Below, piece after piece: positions 46,698 through 55,520 of a stretch of 64,000 bases of DNA. A model generated the notes under the pieces. The model saw only the letters and a list, made by a program, of their open reading frames with translations, had not been told where the DNA came from and ran no database searches. The position numbers and the translations under genes were made by a program. The stretch is from NCBI GenBank assembly GCA_038999725.1, contig JAWBWS010000001.1, positions 41,620-105,619 on the forward strand, in the 5' to 3' direction. The DNA comes from Candidatus Aenigmatarchaeota archaeon. GTDB lineage: Archaea; Aenigmatarchaeota; Aenigmatarchaeia; CG10238-14; SCSR01. Each line of letters opens with the position of its first letter. The first letter of the stretch is position 1.

Positions 46698-47384
46698 TCA
46701 ATTTATTCTTAACCTATATTTTATTCCTTCTTTAATCACAAAAATCAAAACCCCAAAAACCATCCTGATTCCTCTTAAAAATCCTGATTTTTTCTTGTAA
46801 GTTATTGTTACAGGGACTTGAGCAATTTTAATTTTATTTTTCACTGATGAAATCAACATTTGATCTTCGAGGATATACCCCCCATGGATGTCATCTTTAA
46901 TCTTTTCCATGGCTTTTCTAGAAAATGCAACAAAACCGCAATTCGTGTCTTCCAATTTTTGCTTAAACAAGAGATTAAAACTTGTCTTCCAGATAAAATT
47001 ACCAAGCCTGTGCCTCAATGGCACTTTTGACCAATCTCTCTTCCCCATGACAAAATCCGCCTTTCCCTCTTTTAGAGGCTTAAGAAGATTTATCGCTTCA
47101 TCTGGTAAATATTGCATGTCGGCATCAACAATAACAACATTCTCAGTAGAAGGATATTTTTTGATTAAAAAATTGATGCCTGTTTTGATAGCTTCACCTT
47201 TCCCTTTATTTTTCTCATGTCTCAAAACAAGTGCTCCAGCTTTCTTTGCCAACTCAAATGTTCTATCTTTTGAGCAATCGTCAATTACAATCACCTTTAA
47301 GCCAATTTTTTTCAATCTATAAACAACCTCACAAATAGTTTTTTCTTCATTATAGGCTGGTACGAGTGCTATTTGCATAATCAA
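46698..47384 (-). CDS. GT2 glycosyltransferase (dolichol-phosphate mannosyltransferase-like)
   Basis: VPAYNEE; IDDCSKD; NKGKG; DADMQ; DTNCGF. Confidence 0.9.
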   Translation of the reverse strand: MIMQIALVPAYNEEKTICEVVYRLKKIGLKVIVIDDCSKDRTFELAKKAGALVLRHEKNKGKGEAIKTGINFLIKKYPSTENVVIVDADMQYLPDEAINLLKPLKEGKADFVMGKRDWSKVPLRHRLGNFIWKTSFNLLFKQKLEDTNCGFVAFSRKAMEKIKDDIHGGYILEDQMLISSVKNKIKIAQVPVTITYKKKSGFLRGIRMVFGVLIFVIKEGIKYRLRIN

Positions 47385-47437
47385 TCTTTGAAATTTAAAA
47401 TTATTTAAAAACAGCTAAAACCTTTCAATTTCTAACA

Positions 47438-48523
47438 CTAATCGAGGAAGTCCTTATTTTTGATTTTTTCTGGAATGTATTTATCTGAAATGAATGTTAT
47501 ACCTTTAGAGGAAAGTGCAGCCAATTCTACTTTCCCATTTAATTCTTTTAACATTTTGAATTGCCTTTGCCAATCTTTGTTATTTTTAAACCATGGGTAT
47601 TGTTCTACCTGTTTCATTCTTTTGATATCAGCTTCTTCAAATTTTATCAAATGTCTCTTCAACTCATATTTTATCACATCATCAACAGTAAGACCCAAGA
47701 ATTTTGCATTTGGTATAGCCAACTTTTCTGATATATGAGATAAACTTATACTCCCATACTTTATCACAGAATAAATATAGAAACCCCAAACATCAAGATC
47801 CGTTAAAACATAAATCGGCAATTTGTGTTCCAAATGAAGCCTTTGTAAAAGTCTTCTAACCCCTCTTGTAGCCTGACCTTGAGAACTAACTATCACACAA
47901 TTCAATTTTTCCCAGACTCGATCTTCATGTAACCTTTCCCACTCAGCAGCTTTCTCCATATATATCACAAATTTTGCATCCACCTTCTTGAAAATTATAT
48001 CTTCGACATTGGAAGGAATGCTCCAACCTCCGGAACCAAGCTTGCTCCAGTCAATCACATCACCCTTATCTTCAATCACAACCTTTCCAGCAACGGAACC
48101 CATCTTGTTTGCATTTATGTGGAGCTGCTCTCTAGAAGCATTTGCTATAAGCTCCAAATCTTCTATAGCTTCATTCGATTCTGTTTGCTCATCAACAAGA
48201 TTTATGTTCGAATTTGGTAAAGTCCTCTTCATCCTATAGAAAGCTTCTCTCAAGCTCAAATGCTTATCCATCTCAATTAATTCTTTTGAAAGTGCGGCCG
48301 CCTCTATTGTTTGAACAAACTTCCTCACATGTGCTATGTTGAAGAAATACCTTTTTGCTGTAGCATTTCCCAAAACGAGCATTTTTGTTTGTTCATCAAA
48401 CCTGACGTTACTTAAAGCTCTTATAGGTATCTCTAAGCATGGGTTTCTCATGGCTTTTATATCCTCCAAGATCTTTTCCCCTATTTTCTCAAGATTCCTC
48501 TTTACTTCCTTCTTCTTTTCCAC
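47438..48523 (-). CDS. top6A: DNA topoisomerase VI subunit A (probable GTG start 48523)
   Basis: SLREAFY catalytic Tyr; EK; TDLDVWG Toprim motif; KVELAAL. Confidence 0.96.
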   Translation of the reverse strand: MEKKKEVKRNLEKIGEKILEDIKAMRNPCLEIPIRALSNVRFDEQTKMLVLGNATAKRYFFNIAHVRKFVQTIEAAALSKELIEMDKHLSLREAFYRMKRTLPNSNINLVDEQTESNEAIEDLELIANASREQLHINANKMGSVAGKVVIEDKGDVIDWSKLGSGGWSIPSNVEDIIFKKVDAKFVIYMEKAAEWERLHEDRVWEKLNCVIVSSQGQATRGVRRLLQRLHLEHKLPIYVLTDLDVWGFYIYSVIKYGSISLSHISEKLAIPNAKFLGLTVDDVIKYELKRHLIKFEEADIKRMKQVEQYPWFKNNKDWQRQFKMLKELNGKVELAALSSKGITFISDKYIPEKIKNKDFLD

Positions 48524-50072
48524 CCACACCACCCTTCTCCAATATTTTTTCCAAACCTTCAATTATTTTTTGCTTTTTCTCATTTGTTAGCTTTTCTAGA
48601 GATTCAGCAAACTCTGGTATATACTTCTCAAATAACTCCCTCCTTAATCGAGATTCTCTTGCTTTCTTTATTTGTCTCACATAGCTAGCAAGCCTCCTTC
48701 CAGCCTCTTGTAAAGCAAGTTTTACCTCACGCAGGATCTCTGGGTATTTTGCTATTGCTTGTTTTCCTTCAGAAGTGAAAGGAACCCAAACTGAAGCAAA
48801 ATGAATGAAGATTACCAATGGTCCAACGGGAAGTTGACCTTGAGATTGTGATAAACCATAACGACGAAAATCTGTTTCTATCGTAGCTTCAGTCAAAGCA
48901 CAATCACCTTGGTGATATAGCAAAGGAACTTTATTAGCAAACCTCAACAGCTCAGCTGTTTGATCTTCTGGTAAATTTCCCCCATAAGCTAAACCCACTT
49001 CCACCAAAAATGGGTTGCCACGATAAACTGCAGGTGACCTGGTGACTGCAACCACGTATTCGGCACCTGTCTCTTTTTCCAGCCCTTCCCTTATCAGTTT
49101 TTCACCAAGAGGGGAAAGACAATCTGTGGGCGGTGCTTTTAGTTTAACAAGCTGCATAGCTTTATGTAACCTCTCAGACTCTTCATGAGTAAGTTGACTT
49201 GGCTTTTTGTTCGGTTCAAGCTTTGCAAGCCTACAAATTTGCTCAGCAGACCTTTTTCCAACTCTAGAAAATTCAGAAGTCAAAAATTGTAAAATATTTC
49301 TTGTTTTAGTTGAAGAGAGCATTCTTCTGAGCAAACCAATTTCAACACCGTAAGGATGTGGTTTGATTTCCCTTGGTTCTCTTGGCATCTCTTCAACAGC
49401 TCTTTCAAAAGTTGTTTTACCACTTGGTCCGTCAAAGATTATTTTAGCATATGGATTTGCTATTGCTGTTTGCCTTAGATATTCAGTTATTGATTGTGCC
49501 CTTTCCACATATTTACCTTCGATTTCCATTTCTACTTTAACACCATGCCACTTACTTGGATTTTTTTCTACTGTATGGGAAACAATTATAGGCTCATTTT
49601 TAACTACATCAATCATAAGTTCAAAGATGTGAATATCTTTGCCTATGCTTGTTGTGATTTTTGTTGGTTTTCCTGTTGTGAGTTGAGAATAAAGAACTGC
49701 ACCATGAATTCCCAGGCCCTGGATTCCTCGAGACTGTTTTAGCCTATGGAATTTTGAGCCATACAAAAATTTACCAAAAGCATAAGGCACTTTCGATTCA
49801 ACAACCCCAGGACCATTGTCTTCAACCATAACTCTAAATCTTTCCCCACTTGTCGGTTTAACAACAACTTTTATTTCTGGTAAAATTCCGGCTTCACAGC
49901 AAGCATCTAGAGAATTGTCAACCGCTTCTTTAACTACAGTCAACAAAGCTTTTGTTGGATTCTCGTATCCAAGCAAATGCCTGTTCTTCTCGAAAAATTC
50001 GGCTACCGAAACTTCTTTCATCTCTTTTGCCATTTTTTCAGCTATACTTTCTTCAACCATACCTACCCTCAA
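48489..50072 (-). CDS. top6B: DNA topoisomerase VI subunit B (probable start 50060)
   Basis: KEAVDNSLDA; EDNGPG; SRGIQGLG; RFANKVPLL; VPFTSEGK. Confidence 0.97.
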   Translation of the reverse strand: MRVGMVEESIAEKMAKEMKEVSVAEFFEKNRHLLGYENPTKALLTVVKEAVDNSLDACCEAGILPEIKVVVKPTSGERFRVMVEDNGPGVVESKVPYAFGKFLYGSKFHRLKQSRGIQGLGIHGAVLYSQLTTGKPTKITTSIGKDIHIFELMIDVVKNEPIIVSHTVEKNPSKWHGVKVEMEIEGKYVERAQSITEYLRQTAIANPYAKIIFDGPSGKTTFERAVEEMPREPREIKPHPYGVEIGLLRRMLSSTKTRNILQFLTSEFSRVGKRSAEQICRLAKLEPNKKPSQLTHEESERLHKAMQLVKLKAPPTDCLSPLGEKLIREGLEKETGAEYVVAVTRSPAVYRGNPFLVEVGLAYGGNLPEDQTAELLRFANKVPLLYHQGDCALTEATIETDFRRYGLSQSQGQLPVGPLVIFIHFASVWVPFTSEGKQAIAKYPEILREVKLALQEAGRRLASYVRQIKKARESRLRRELFEKYIPEFAESLEKLTNEKKQKIIEGLEKILEKGGVGGKEEGSKEES

Positions 50073-50541
50073 TCAAGGCCTTGAAGACCGTTGAATGTTT
50101 TCTCCCTTGAATCAAACTTTCTATGGCTCTCCTTGCTTTTTGAACCTCGTCCCACTTACCTATCATTGAAACTGTTTTACCATAAATTGCAATTTTAACA
50201 TTTGTATATTTCTCTATTAATTTTTTTGCTTTACCTTCTCTCCCAATTACTCTACCTTTTACCACAATCATTCTTTTCCTCGATTTACCCAAAATTTGTT
50301 GGAGATTTATGGTCTCTAAGCAATATTCCTCATCCAACAAATTTAATGCAACGTCCAAATCAAAACCTCTTCCAAAAGCATTCACCACTTCTTTTATTCT
50401 CATCAGTAACAGCGAATTCTCTGCTTCAATTGAAATTTCTTCATTTATTTTGATTTTGCAACCCAAAAGCTTTTCTAATTTATCTACATAATTCCTAAAA
50501 ATTTTCAACCTTTCTTCAGGAATTTTCACAAAATCTATCAT
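50053..50541 (-). CDS. KH-domain rRNA-processing protein (Pno1/Dim2-like)
   Basis: AFGRGF; GRVIGREGKAK; GRKHSTVF. Confidence 0.9.
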   Translation of the reverse strand: MIDFVKIPEERLKIFRNYVDKLEKLLGCKIKINEEISIEAENSLLLMRIKEVVNAFGRGFDLDVALNLLDEEYCLETINLQQILGKSRKRMIVVKGRVIGREGKAKKLIEKYTNVKIAIYGKTVSMIGKWDEVQKARRAIESLIQGRKHSTVFKALIEGRYG

Positions 50542-50542
50542 A

Positions 50543-50878
50543 CTACTCTATCTGAATGTTTTTAATAAACCCCTTTTTCTTGAGCCAACCAGCTTGGGTT
50601 GGGGTGTACTTGAAGATTACATCCCCTTTCTCATTGCTTTGAACTTTCCATGGTTGTATGAGAACCAAATCGCCTGCACCTATCCAAACCTTCTTCCTCA
50701 GTCTGCCAGGAATCCTGCATATTCTTGTATTTCCATCATCACATACAACCTTGAGCTTATCCCCTCCCAGCATCATTTCAACCGCACCTAAGACTTCACC
50801 TTCTCTTGGAATTCTAATTCTAGCTATCTCAAGTTCTTCTTGTGTTGGCTCATATTTTTTTGTCATGTTACCACTCAT
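50543..50878 (-). CDS. eif1a: Translation initiation factor aIF-1A
   Basis: MLGG...CDDG...CRIPGRLRKKVWI...DLVLIQPW. Confidence 0.96.
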   Translation of the reverse strand: MSGNMTKKYEPTQEELEIARIRIPREGEVLGAVEMMLGGDKLKVVCDDGNTRICRIPGRLRKKVWIGAGDLVLIQPWKVQSNEKGDVIFKYTPTQAGWLKKKGFIKNIQIE

Positions 50879-50890
50879 TTAATTTTTCAT

Positions 50891-51565
50891 TCAAGAAATA
50901 GAAATTAGTATCGTATCTCTATAAACTTTTTTCCCTCTAACTCTTCCTCCTATTTTTCTGGTGATCTTGACTTTAGCCATAAACTTAGATTTGAGGATTC
51001 TTGCTATTTGGTGAGCAGAATTTTTAGAACCTATAAAAACATCGAAGCCATTTTTAGTTTCTTTTAGACTTGAAATAAACGCTAACCTATCATATTGATT
51101 TAGATAATTGATTTGACTTTCAATCTCATCTTTAATTTTTTCTAACAAATCTTTAGGTGCTCTCACTTGAAGAACTGCTTGAAAATATCCGGAGCTCTTC
51201 ATGAAGCAAGCTTGGCAAGTTATCTTCTTTATCTTCAAATCTATTACCTTCTCCTCACTTTTTTCCAAATCATTTGTTTTTAAATTAAGCGTTAGGTAAA
51301 TTTTACCGTCAGCTATCCTGTAGAAAAGAGAGTTTAATTCTTCTTCCCTAAAAAGCTGTTGGAAAAACCCTTCAATCAACTCTTCTATATTTGAAGAAGA
51401 ATAGCTTCTAAAGAAAAATCTTCCACATGATACACATTCTTTAACTTCCAATCTTTCTGACAGTTTACCCAAAAAAGAAAATTTTGAGAGGAAACATACT
51501 TCACAAAGTCCTTCATACAACTTTTCAGTTTTCTTTCCACATTTTGGACAAAACTTTTCTCTCAC
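50891..51565 (-). CDS. nmd3: NMD3-family ribosome biogenesis protein
   Basis: CPKC...CEVC...CVSC...CQAC; YFQAVLQVR; GFDVFIGS; YRDTILI. Confidence 0.9.
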   Translation of the reverse strand: MREKFCPKCGKKTEKLYEGLCEVCFLSKFSFLGKLSERLEVKECVSCGRFFFRSYSSSNIEELIEGFFQQLFREEELNSLFYRIADGKIYLTLNLKTNDLEKSEEKVIDLKIKKITCQACFMKSSGYFQAVLQVRAPKDLLEKIKDEIESQINYLNQYDRLAFISSLKETKNGFDVFIGSKNSAHQIARILKSKFMAKVKITRKIGGRVRGKKVYRDTILISIS

Positions 51566-51615
51566 AAAAAGAAAATTATTTTTAAATTAGTTAAGCTTAA
51601 ATAAAATTTTAGGAA

Positions 51616-51709
51616 GCCTCGTTAGCTCAGTTGGTAGAGCATCCGAAGAGTTAAAACTCTGGTGAACCTTGTAAGCGGAGGGTCGTGGGTTCAAATCCCA
51701 CACGAGGCT
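51616..51709 (+). tRNA. tRNA-Thr(TGT) with 21-nt intron at 30/31 (51646-51666)
   Basis: GCCTCGT/ACGAGGC acceptor; strict BHB with CATC/GGTG helix and inner AGAG/CTCT stem; 73 nt mature. Confidence 0.92.
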
Positions 51710-51721
51710 TTCAAGCAAATT

Positions 51722-52756
51722 TTACAATAGATCTATGTCTAGTAATCTCGCCAAGTTTGAGAGATTTAAATTTTTTATTAGAGAAAAAAGGAATGGTTTA
51801 TCAGAAATTTTTGATAAAAACCATTTCACCAACAATCCTTTTTTTATGGGCCAGGCAAGTCTTCCTTTCCATTTTTTATCATAATTCTCCATCAAAAAAT
51901 CTCTTGAGAAATTGTTTGTTTCTATAGCTTTTACTATAGCATCTCCAGCAATCTCTGCGCAAATCTTATTGTACACCAGACCACCTGCAGAAAAAGGTTT
52001 AACCTGACAAGCAGCATCTCCTACAAGCAAAACATTATCAGAAACTGACTCTTCAATTAAACCATATCTTATCACATCACCTATCCTATTAGAAAAAATT
52101 TTTTTATCAAACCTTAATTTTAGGAAATTTTCCAAATAGTTGTTTGGGTTTTTGTTTGTCATTAAACCAACTCTAGCGATTTTTTCATTTTCGGGAACAA
52201 CCCAAGCAAAGGAGCCTGGAGCAATTTTGGAACCAAAATGGAGTTCAACACTCCTAGCTTCAAAATTTGACTCCACCTTCACTTGTAAAGCAAATAGAAA
52301 ATTTTTGGGCTGGTTTATTCCAGCTTTTTTGGCAACAGTTGAATTTGGGCCATCTGCACCTACTAGAACCTTACATTTAAATTTTCCCTTGTTAGTAAAA
52401 ATTGTGTTGCCTTTGAAATCTAAAAATCTTGTTGATGTTTTAATTTCAGCTCCAGCTTTTTCAGCCCTTCTTGCAAGCCATAAATCATATTTTCTCCTAT
52501 CTAAAACAAACATTCTTTCTCTTGAGTTAATTTCAAAAAATTTATCTCCAGAGAAAAATCTTGCTTTATCAATTTTGTTTAAAATCATATCTTTTGGAAT
52601 TTTACCTATCCTTTTACTAACCAAGCCTGTGCATTGAACAGGCTCTCCAATTTTTGAGTGCTCTTCTAATATTAAGACTGTGTACCCTTTTCTGGCAACA
52701 TTCTCACCTGTGATACAACCAGCAGGGCCTGCGCCAACAATAATACAATCGAACAA
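51722..52756 (-). CDS. Geranylgeranyl reductase family FAD oxidoreductase
   Basis: GAGPAG; CTG; VGADG; FAWVVP; VGDAA...GG. Confidence 0.9.
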   Translation of the reverse strand: MFDCIIVGAGPAGCITGENVARKGYTVLILEEHSKIGEPVQCTGLVSKRIGKIPKDMILNKIDKARFFSGDKFFEINSRERMFVLDRRKYDLWLARRAEKAGAEIKTSTRFLDFKGNTIFTNKGKFKCKVLVGADGPNSTVAKKAGINQPKNFLFALQVKVESNFEARSVELHFGSKIAPGSFAWVVPENEKIARVGLMTNKNPNNYLENFLKLRFDKKIFSNRIGDVIRYGLIEESVSDNVLLVGDAACQVKPFSAGGLVYNKICAEIAGDAIVKAIETNNFSRDFLMENYDKKWKGRLAWPIKKGLLVKWFLSKISDKPFLFSLIKNLNLSNLARLLDIDLL

Positions 52757-52901
52757 ATCAATCCCCTAAACAAATATAATATCCAAAAATTAAAATCCAT
52801 CTAGAAGATCTTGGCATAACGAAACATTAGAATAAAAGATGATTGGAAACATTCACTAAAATAATAGTTGATTAATTTTACTCTGTTCAATAATTCTCAT
52901 C

Positions 52902-53647
52902 TTACCTACCAAAATTCCTTTGTATAGAGTTATACCATTTAATTGCCTTAATCAAATCTTTTTTGGAGAAATCTGGCCAAAGCTTTTTGGTAACATAAAT
53001 TTCTGCATAAGATGCTTGTATCAACATGAAGTTTGAAAGTCTGGAAAAGCCCCCAGTCCTTATCACAAGGTCAAGAGGAGCAGGAACAAGCAAATTAGCT
53101 TCTATGTCTTTTTCTGTTACTTCTACTTTACCAATTTTTATCGCTTTTTCTACAATTTTTTTTATCGCTTGAGTTAATTCAAATTTGCTTCCGTAGGCTA
53201 TCATTATGTTTAAAACCCTTTCCTGATATTTTGCGGTATTTTGCATTATTTTCCCCATAAGCTTAACGAGCTTTGGTGGTAATTTTTCAAGGTCGCCAAT
53301 AAACCTAACTTTGACTTGATATTTATCCAAAAATCCCCCTTCCTTCTTTTTCCCCCTCTCCCACTTTTTCAAATAATTGTAGAAAATCTTGAAAATTTCT
53401 TCCAATTCCCTTTTTGGTCTATTCAAGTTTTCTGTAGATAAAACATATGCCGAAACTTGTGGTATTCCTAACTCTAGACACCAGTTCAAAAACTCTTCAA
53501 ACTTTTTTGTGCTTGTGAGAGTTTATCCTCTCAACAATTTGCACCATATTTATGTCCTTCCCAAGGTTGTAAACCATGAAGTCTTGCCCATCTTCTGTTT
53601 CCATCCAAAATTATTCCTAGATGATTTGGGAGTGTCAACTCGTTCAT
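52902..53647 (-). CDS. uppS: cis-prenyltransferase UppS, split by a 32-nt BHB intron (exons 53647-53539 and 53506-52902; 237 aa spliced)
   Basis: Exon 1 carries PNHLGIILDGNRRWA...GH with GGAGGTG SD; exon 2 carries LSTEN, LDLVIRTGG, RLSNF, RNFGR; exon lengths sum to 714 nt. Confidence 0.92.
53507..53538 (-). other. Predicted archaeal BHB intron in uppS pre-mRNA
   Basis: GTGC-AA|A-[TTGT T GAGAG GATAAA CTCTC ACAA]-GCAC-AA|A; contains an in-frame TGA; excision restores GGT GCA AAA AAG TTT. Confidence 0.85.
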
Positions 53648-53716
53648 CGATACACCTCCATTTTTTCATAAATTTTAAATAATATAAATATTTTTAAAAA
53701 CAAAAAAGTTTGAAAT

Positions 53717-53820
53717 GGGGTCGTCGTCTAACCAGGTAGGACAGCAGGCTCCAGGTTCAATGGAGCTCTGACAAAAGATGAAGAAACCTGTATGTGAGGG
53801 TTCAAATCCCTCCGACCCCA
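53717..53820 (+). tRNA. tRNA-Trp(CCA) with 31-nt intron at 37/38 (53755-53785)
   Basis: GGGGTCG/CGACCCC acceptor; GCAGG/CCTGT stem; 73 nt mature. Confidence 0.92.
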
Positions 53821-53873
53821 TCTACTTTCATTTTTCAATTATTGATAAAAATTCTAATTGATAAACACTATTT

Positions 53874-54842
53874 ATGTCAATAGATGTGATTGGAGGGGGA
53901 CCAGCTGGTTCTGCTGCTTCGATTTTCTTAGCTAAAAGAGGATTTGATGATATAAGGCTATATGAAAAATCTCCTAAATTAAGAAAACCATGCGGTGGTG
54001 GTTTAACTTGGAGAGTTTTTGAAAGATATGGCTATCTCTTAGAGGGTTTGAAAACAAATCCAATCAAAACAATTATTGTTGATCTTGAGAATACTATGGT
54101 GAAATTTGAGTTCAAAAAAGCGGTGTTAAAAATAGTAGATCGCCTAAGACTCGACAAACATTTAAGAAAAATTGCCAAGAGCTTTGGTGTTAAAATAATT
54201 AAAAAAATGTTGAACCAAAAGAATTGAACAGTAAACTTGTGATTGATGCTAGAGGATTTGATTCAGAACAAGATTTTTCAATCGCAAAGGTTGCCATTTG
54301 TAAAATAAAGAATTCTGTCGCTACTTTTGTCTTTAGGGAAAAAACTCATAAGTAGAGGTTACTTTTGGATTTTTCCAATAAATAGAAAATTAGCTAACAT
54401 TGGTTGTGCTGGAACTAGAAATGGTCTTAAAACCACCTTAGATAAAGCTTTTGAATGGTTTCTTGAGGAAACTGGTGCTAAACCCTTAGTCATCATGAAG
54501 TATCCTGTGACTATGTACAATAAAATCAGCAATTTGATTTACAGAGATGGAGATAAAATTGTGGTTAAAGTTGGGGAGAGGGCTGGTCTTGTTAACCCGC
54601 TGACCGGAGAGGGAATTTATCATGCGATAAGAAGTTCAGAAATATTGAGTGAATGTATAGGGGACGATATTTTTTCATACCAGAAAAAGGTTGAGGATGA
54701 ATTTAGAAAAGAACTCACGATTTCCAAATTCTTGGTCGGTTCTTTTCCAATAATACCAAATTCTCTAAAAATTTTTTTATTAAAACACACCGTGAAAATT
54801 ATGTTCCCGTCTACTAAAATCATTGAAGAGTCTAGAAATTAA
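53874..54842 (+). pseudogene. Second geranylgeranyl reductase family gene with two compensating homopolymer frameshifts (or sequencing errors)
   Basis: GGGPAG and KPCGGG in ORF1; LVIDARG in the -1 frame between A7 (54201-54207) and A6 (54339-54344); GYFWIFP and GERAGLVNPLTGEGI in ORF2. Confidence 0.75.
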
Positions 54843-54843
54843 A

Positions 54844-55518
54844 TTATTTTTCTATCAATTCAACAAAAACCACTGGTCCCAAATTTTTCTTGATTATTCT
54901 TCCGTCTTTAGCTTTTTCCAGACAAATCAAATCTTGTTTGTAAGTTGGCCCCAAAGGTGTGACTAAAATTCCTCCCGGCTTAAGCTGATCAATCCAAGCT
55001 TTTGGTATTCTTTCCTTGGGAGCAGCACTTGAAACTATTTTATCAAATGGAGCATACTTTGGTAAGCCTTTTGAACCATCTCCCAAGATAAGCTTGACTT
55101 TGTCCCAATATCCTGTTCTCTTCAAATTTTTCTTTGCAAACTCGTAGGTTTCTGGGATTATTTCTATTCCATAAACTTCCCCCTTTTCACCAACAATTTC
55201 TTTCATGTAAGCTAATAAAATTCCTGAACCAGCACCAATCTCAAGGACTTTTTCTCCAGGCTTGAGCTTTAAGGCCGAAAGGAAGATTGCATGTATATGC
55301 TCTGCCGAAATTGTAACATTCCCCGGAATTGGTAGAGGTGTGTTTGAATAGGTTTGATCTCTATATTCTGGAGGAACAAAATCTTCCCTTTTAACCTTAA
55401 GCATTGCCCTCTTAACAGCAGGATATTTTATGTAGCCACAATTCTCCAAGAATTGAATCATCTCCTTTCTCTGTTTATCCAAGTCCACATTTATTATTTG
55501 GAAAAAAATAAATTTCAT
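54844..55518 (-). CDS. pcm: Protein-L-isoaspartate O-methyltransferase
   Basis: VKREDFVP; TISA; VLEIGAGSG; GDGSKG...APFDKI. Confidence 0.93.
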   Translation of the reverse strand: MKFIFFQIINVDLDKQRKEMIQFLENCGYIKYPAVKRAMLKVKREDFVPPEYRDQTYSNTPLPIPGNVTISAEHIHAIFLSALKLKPGEKVLEIGAGSGILLAYMKEIVGEKGEVYGIEIIPETYEFAKKNLKRTGYWDKVKLILGDGSKGLPKYAPFDKIVSSAAPKERIPKAWIDQLKPGGILVTPLGPTYKQDLICLEKAKDGRIIKKNLGPVVFVELIEK

Positions 55519-55520
55519 TT

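Noticed and set aside
52902-53489. uppS as a truncated pseudogene or homopolymer frameshift
   Set aside because: The disruption is a 32-nt structured insert that a 1-nt indel cannot repair in frame without a stop, and both exons are otherwise intact.
53389-53682. 97-aa plus-strand ORF
   Set aside because: Antisense shadow of uppS exon 1, the intron and exon 2.
54201-54207. Programmed -1 ribosomal frameshift in the second GGR gene
   Set aside because: Zero-frame codons (ATT AAA AAA ATG) do not form a tandem-slippage heptamer, and a second opposite shift is also required.
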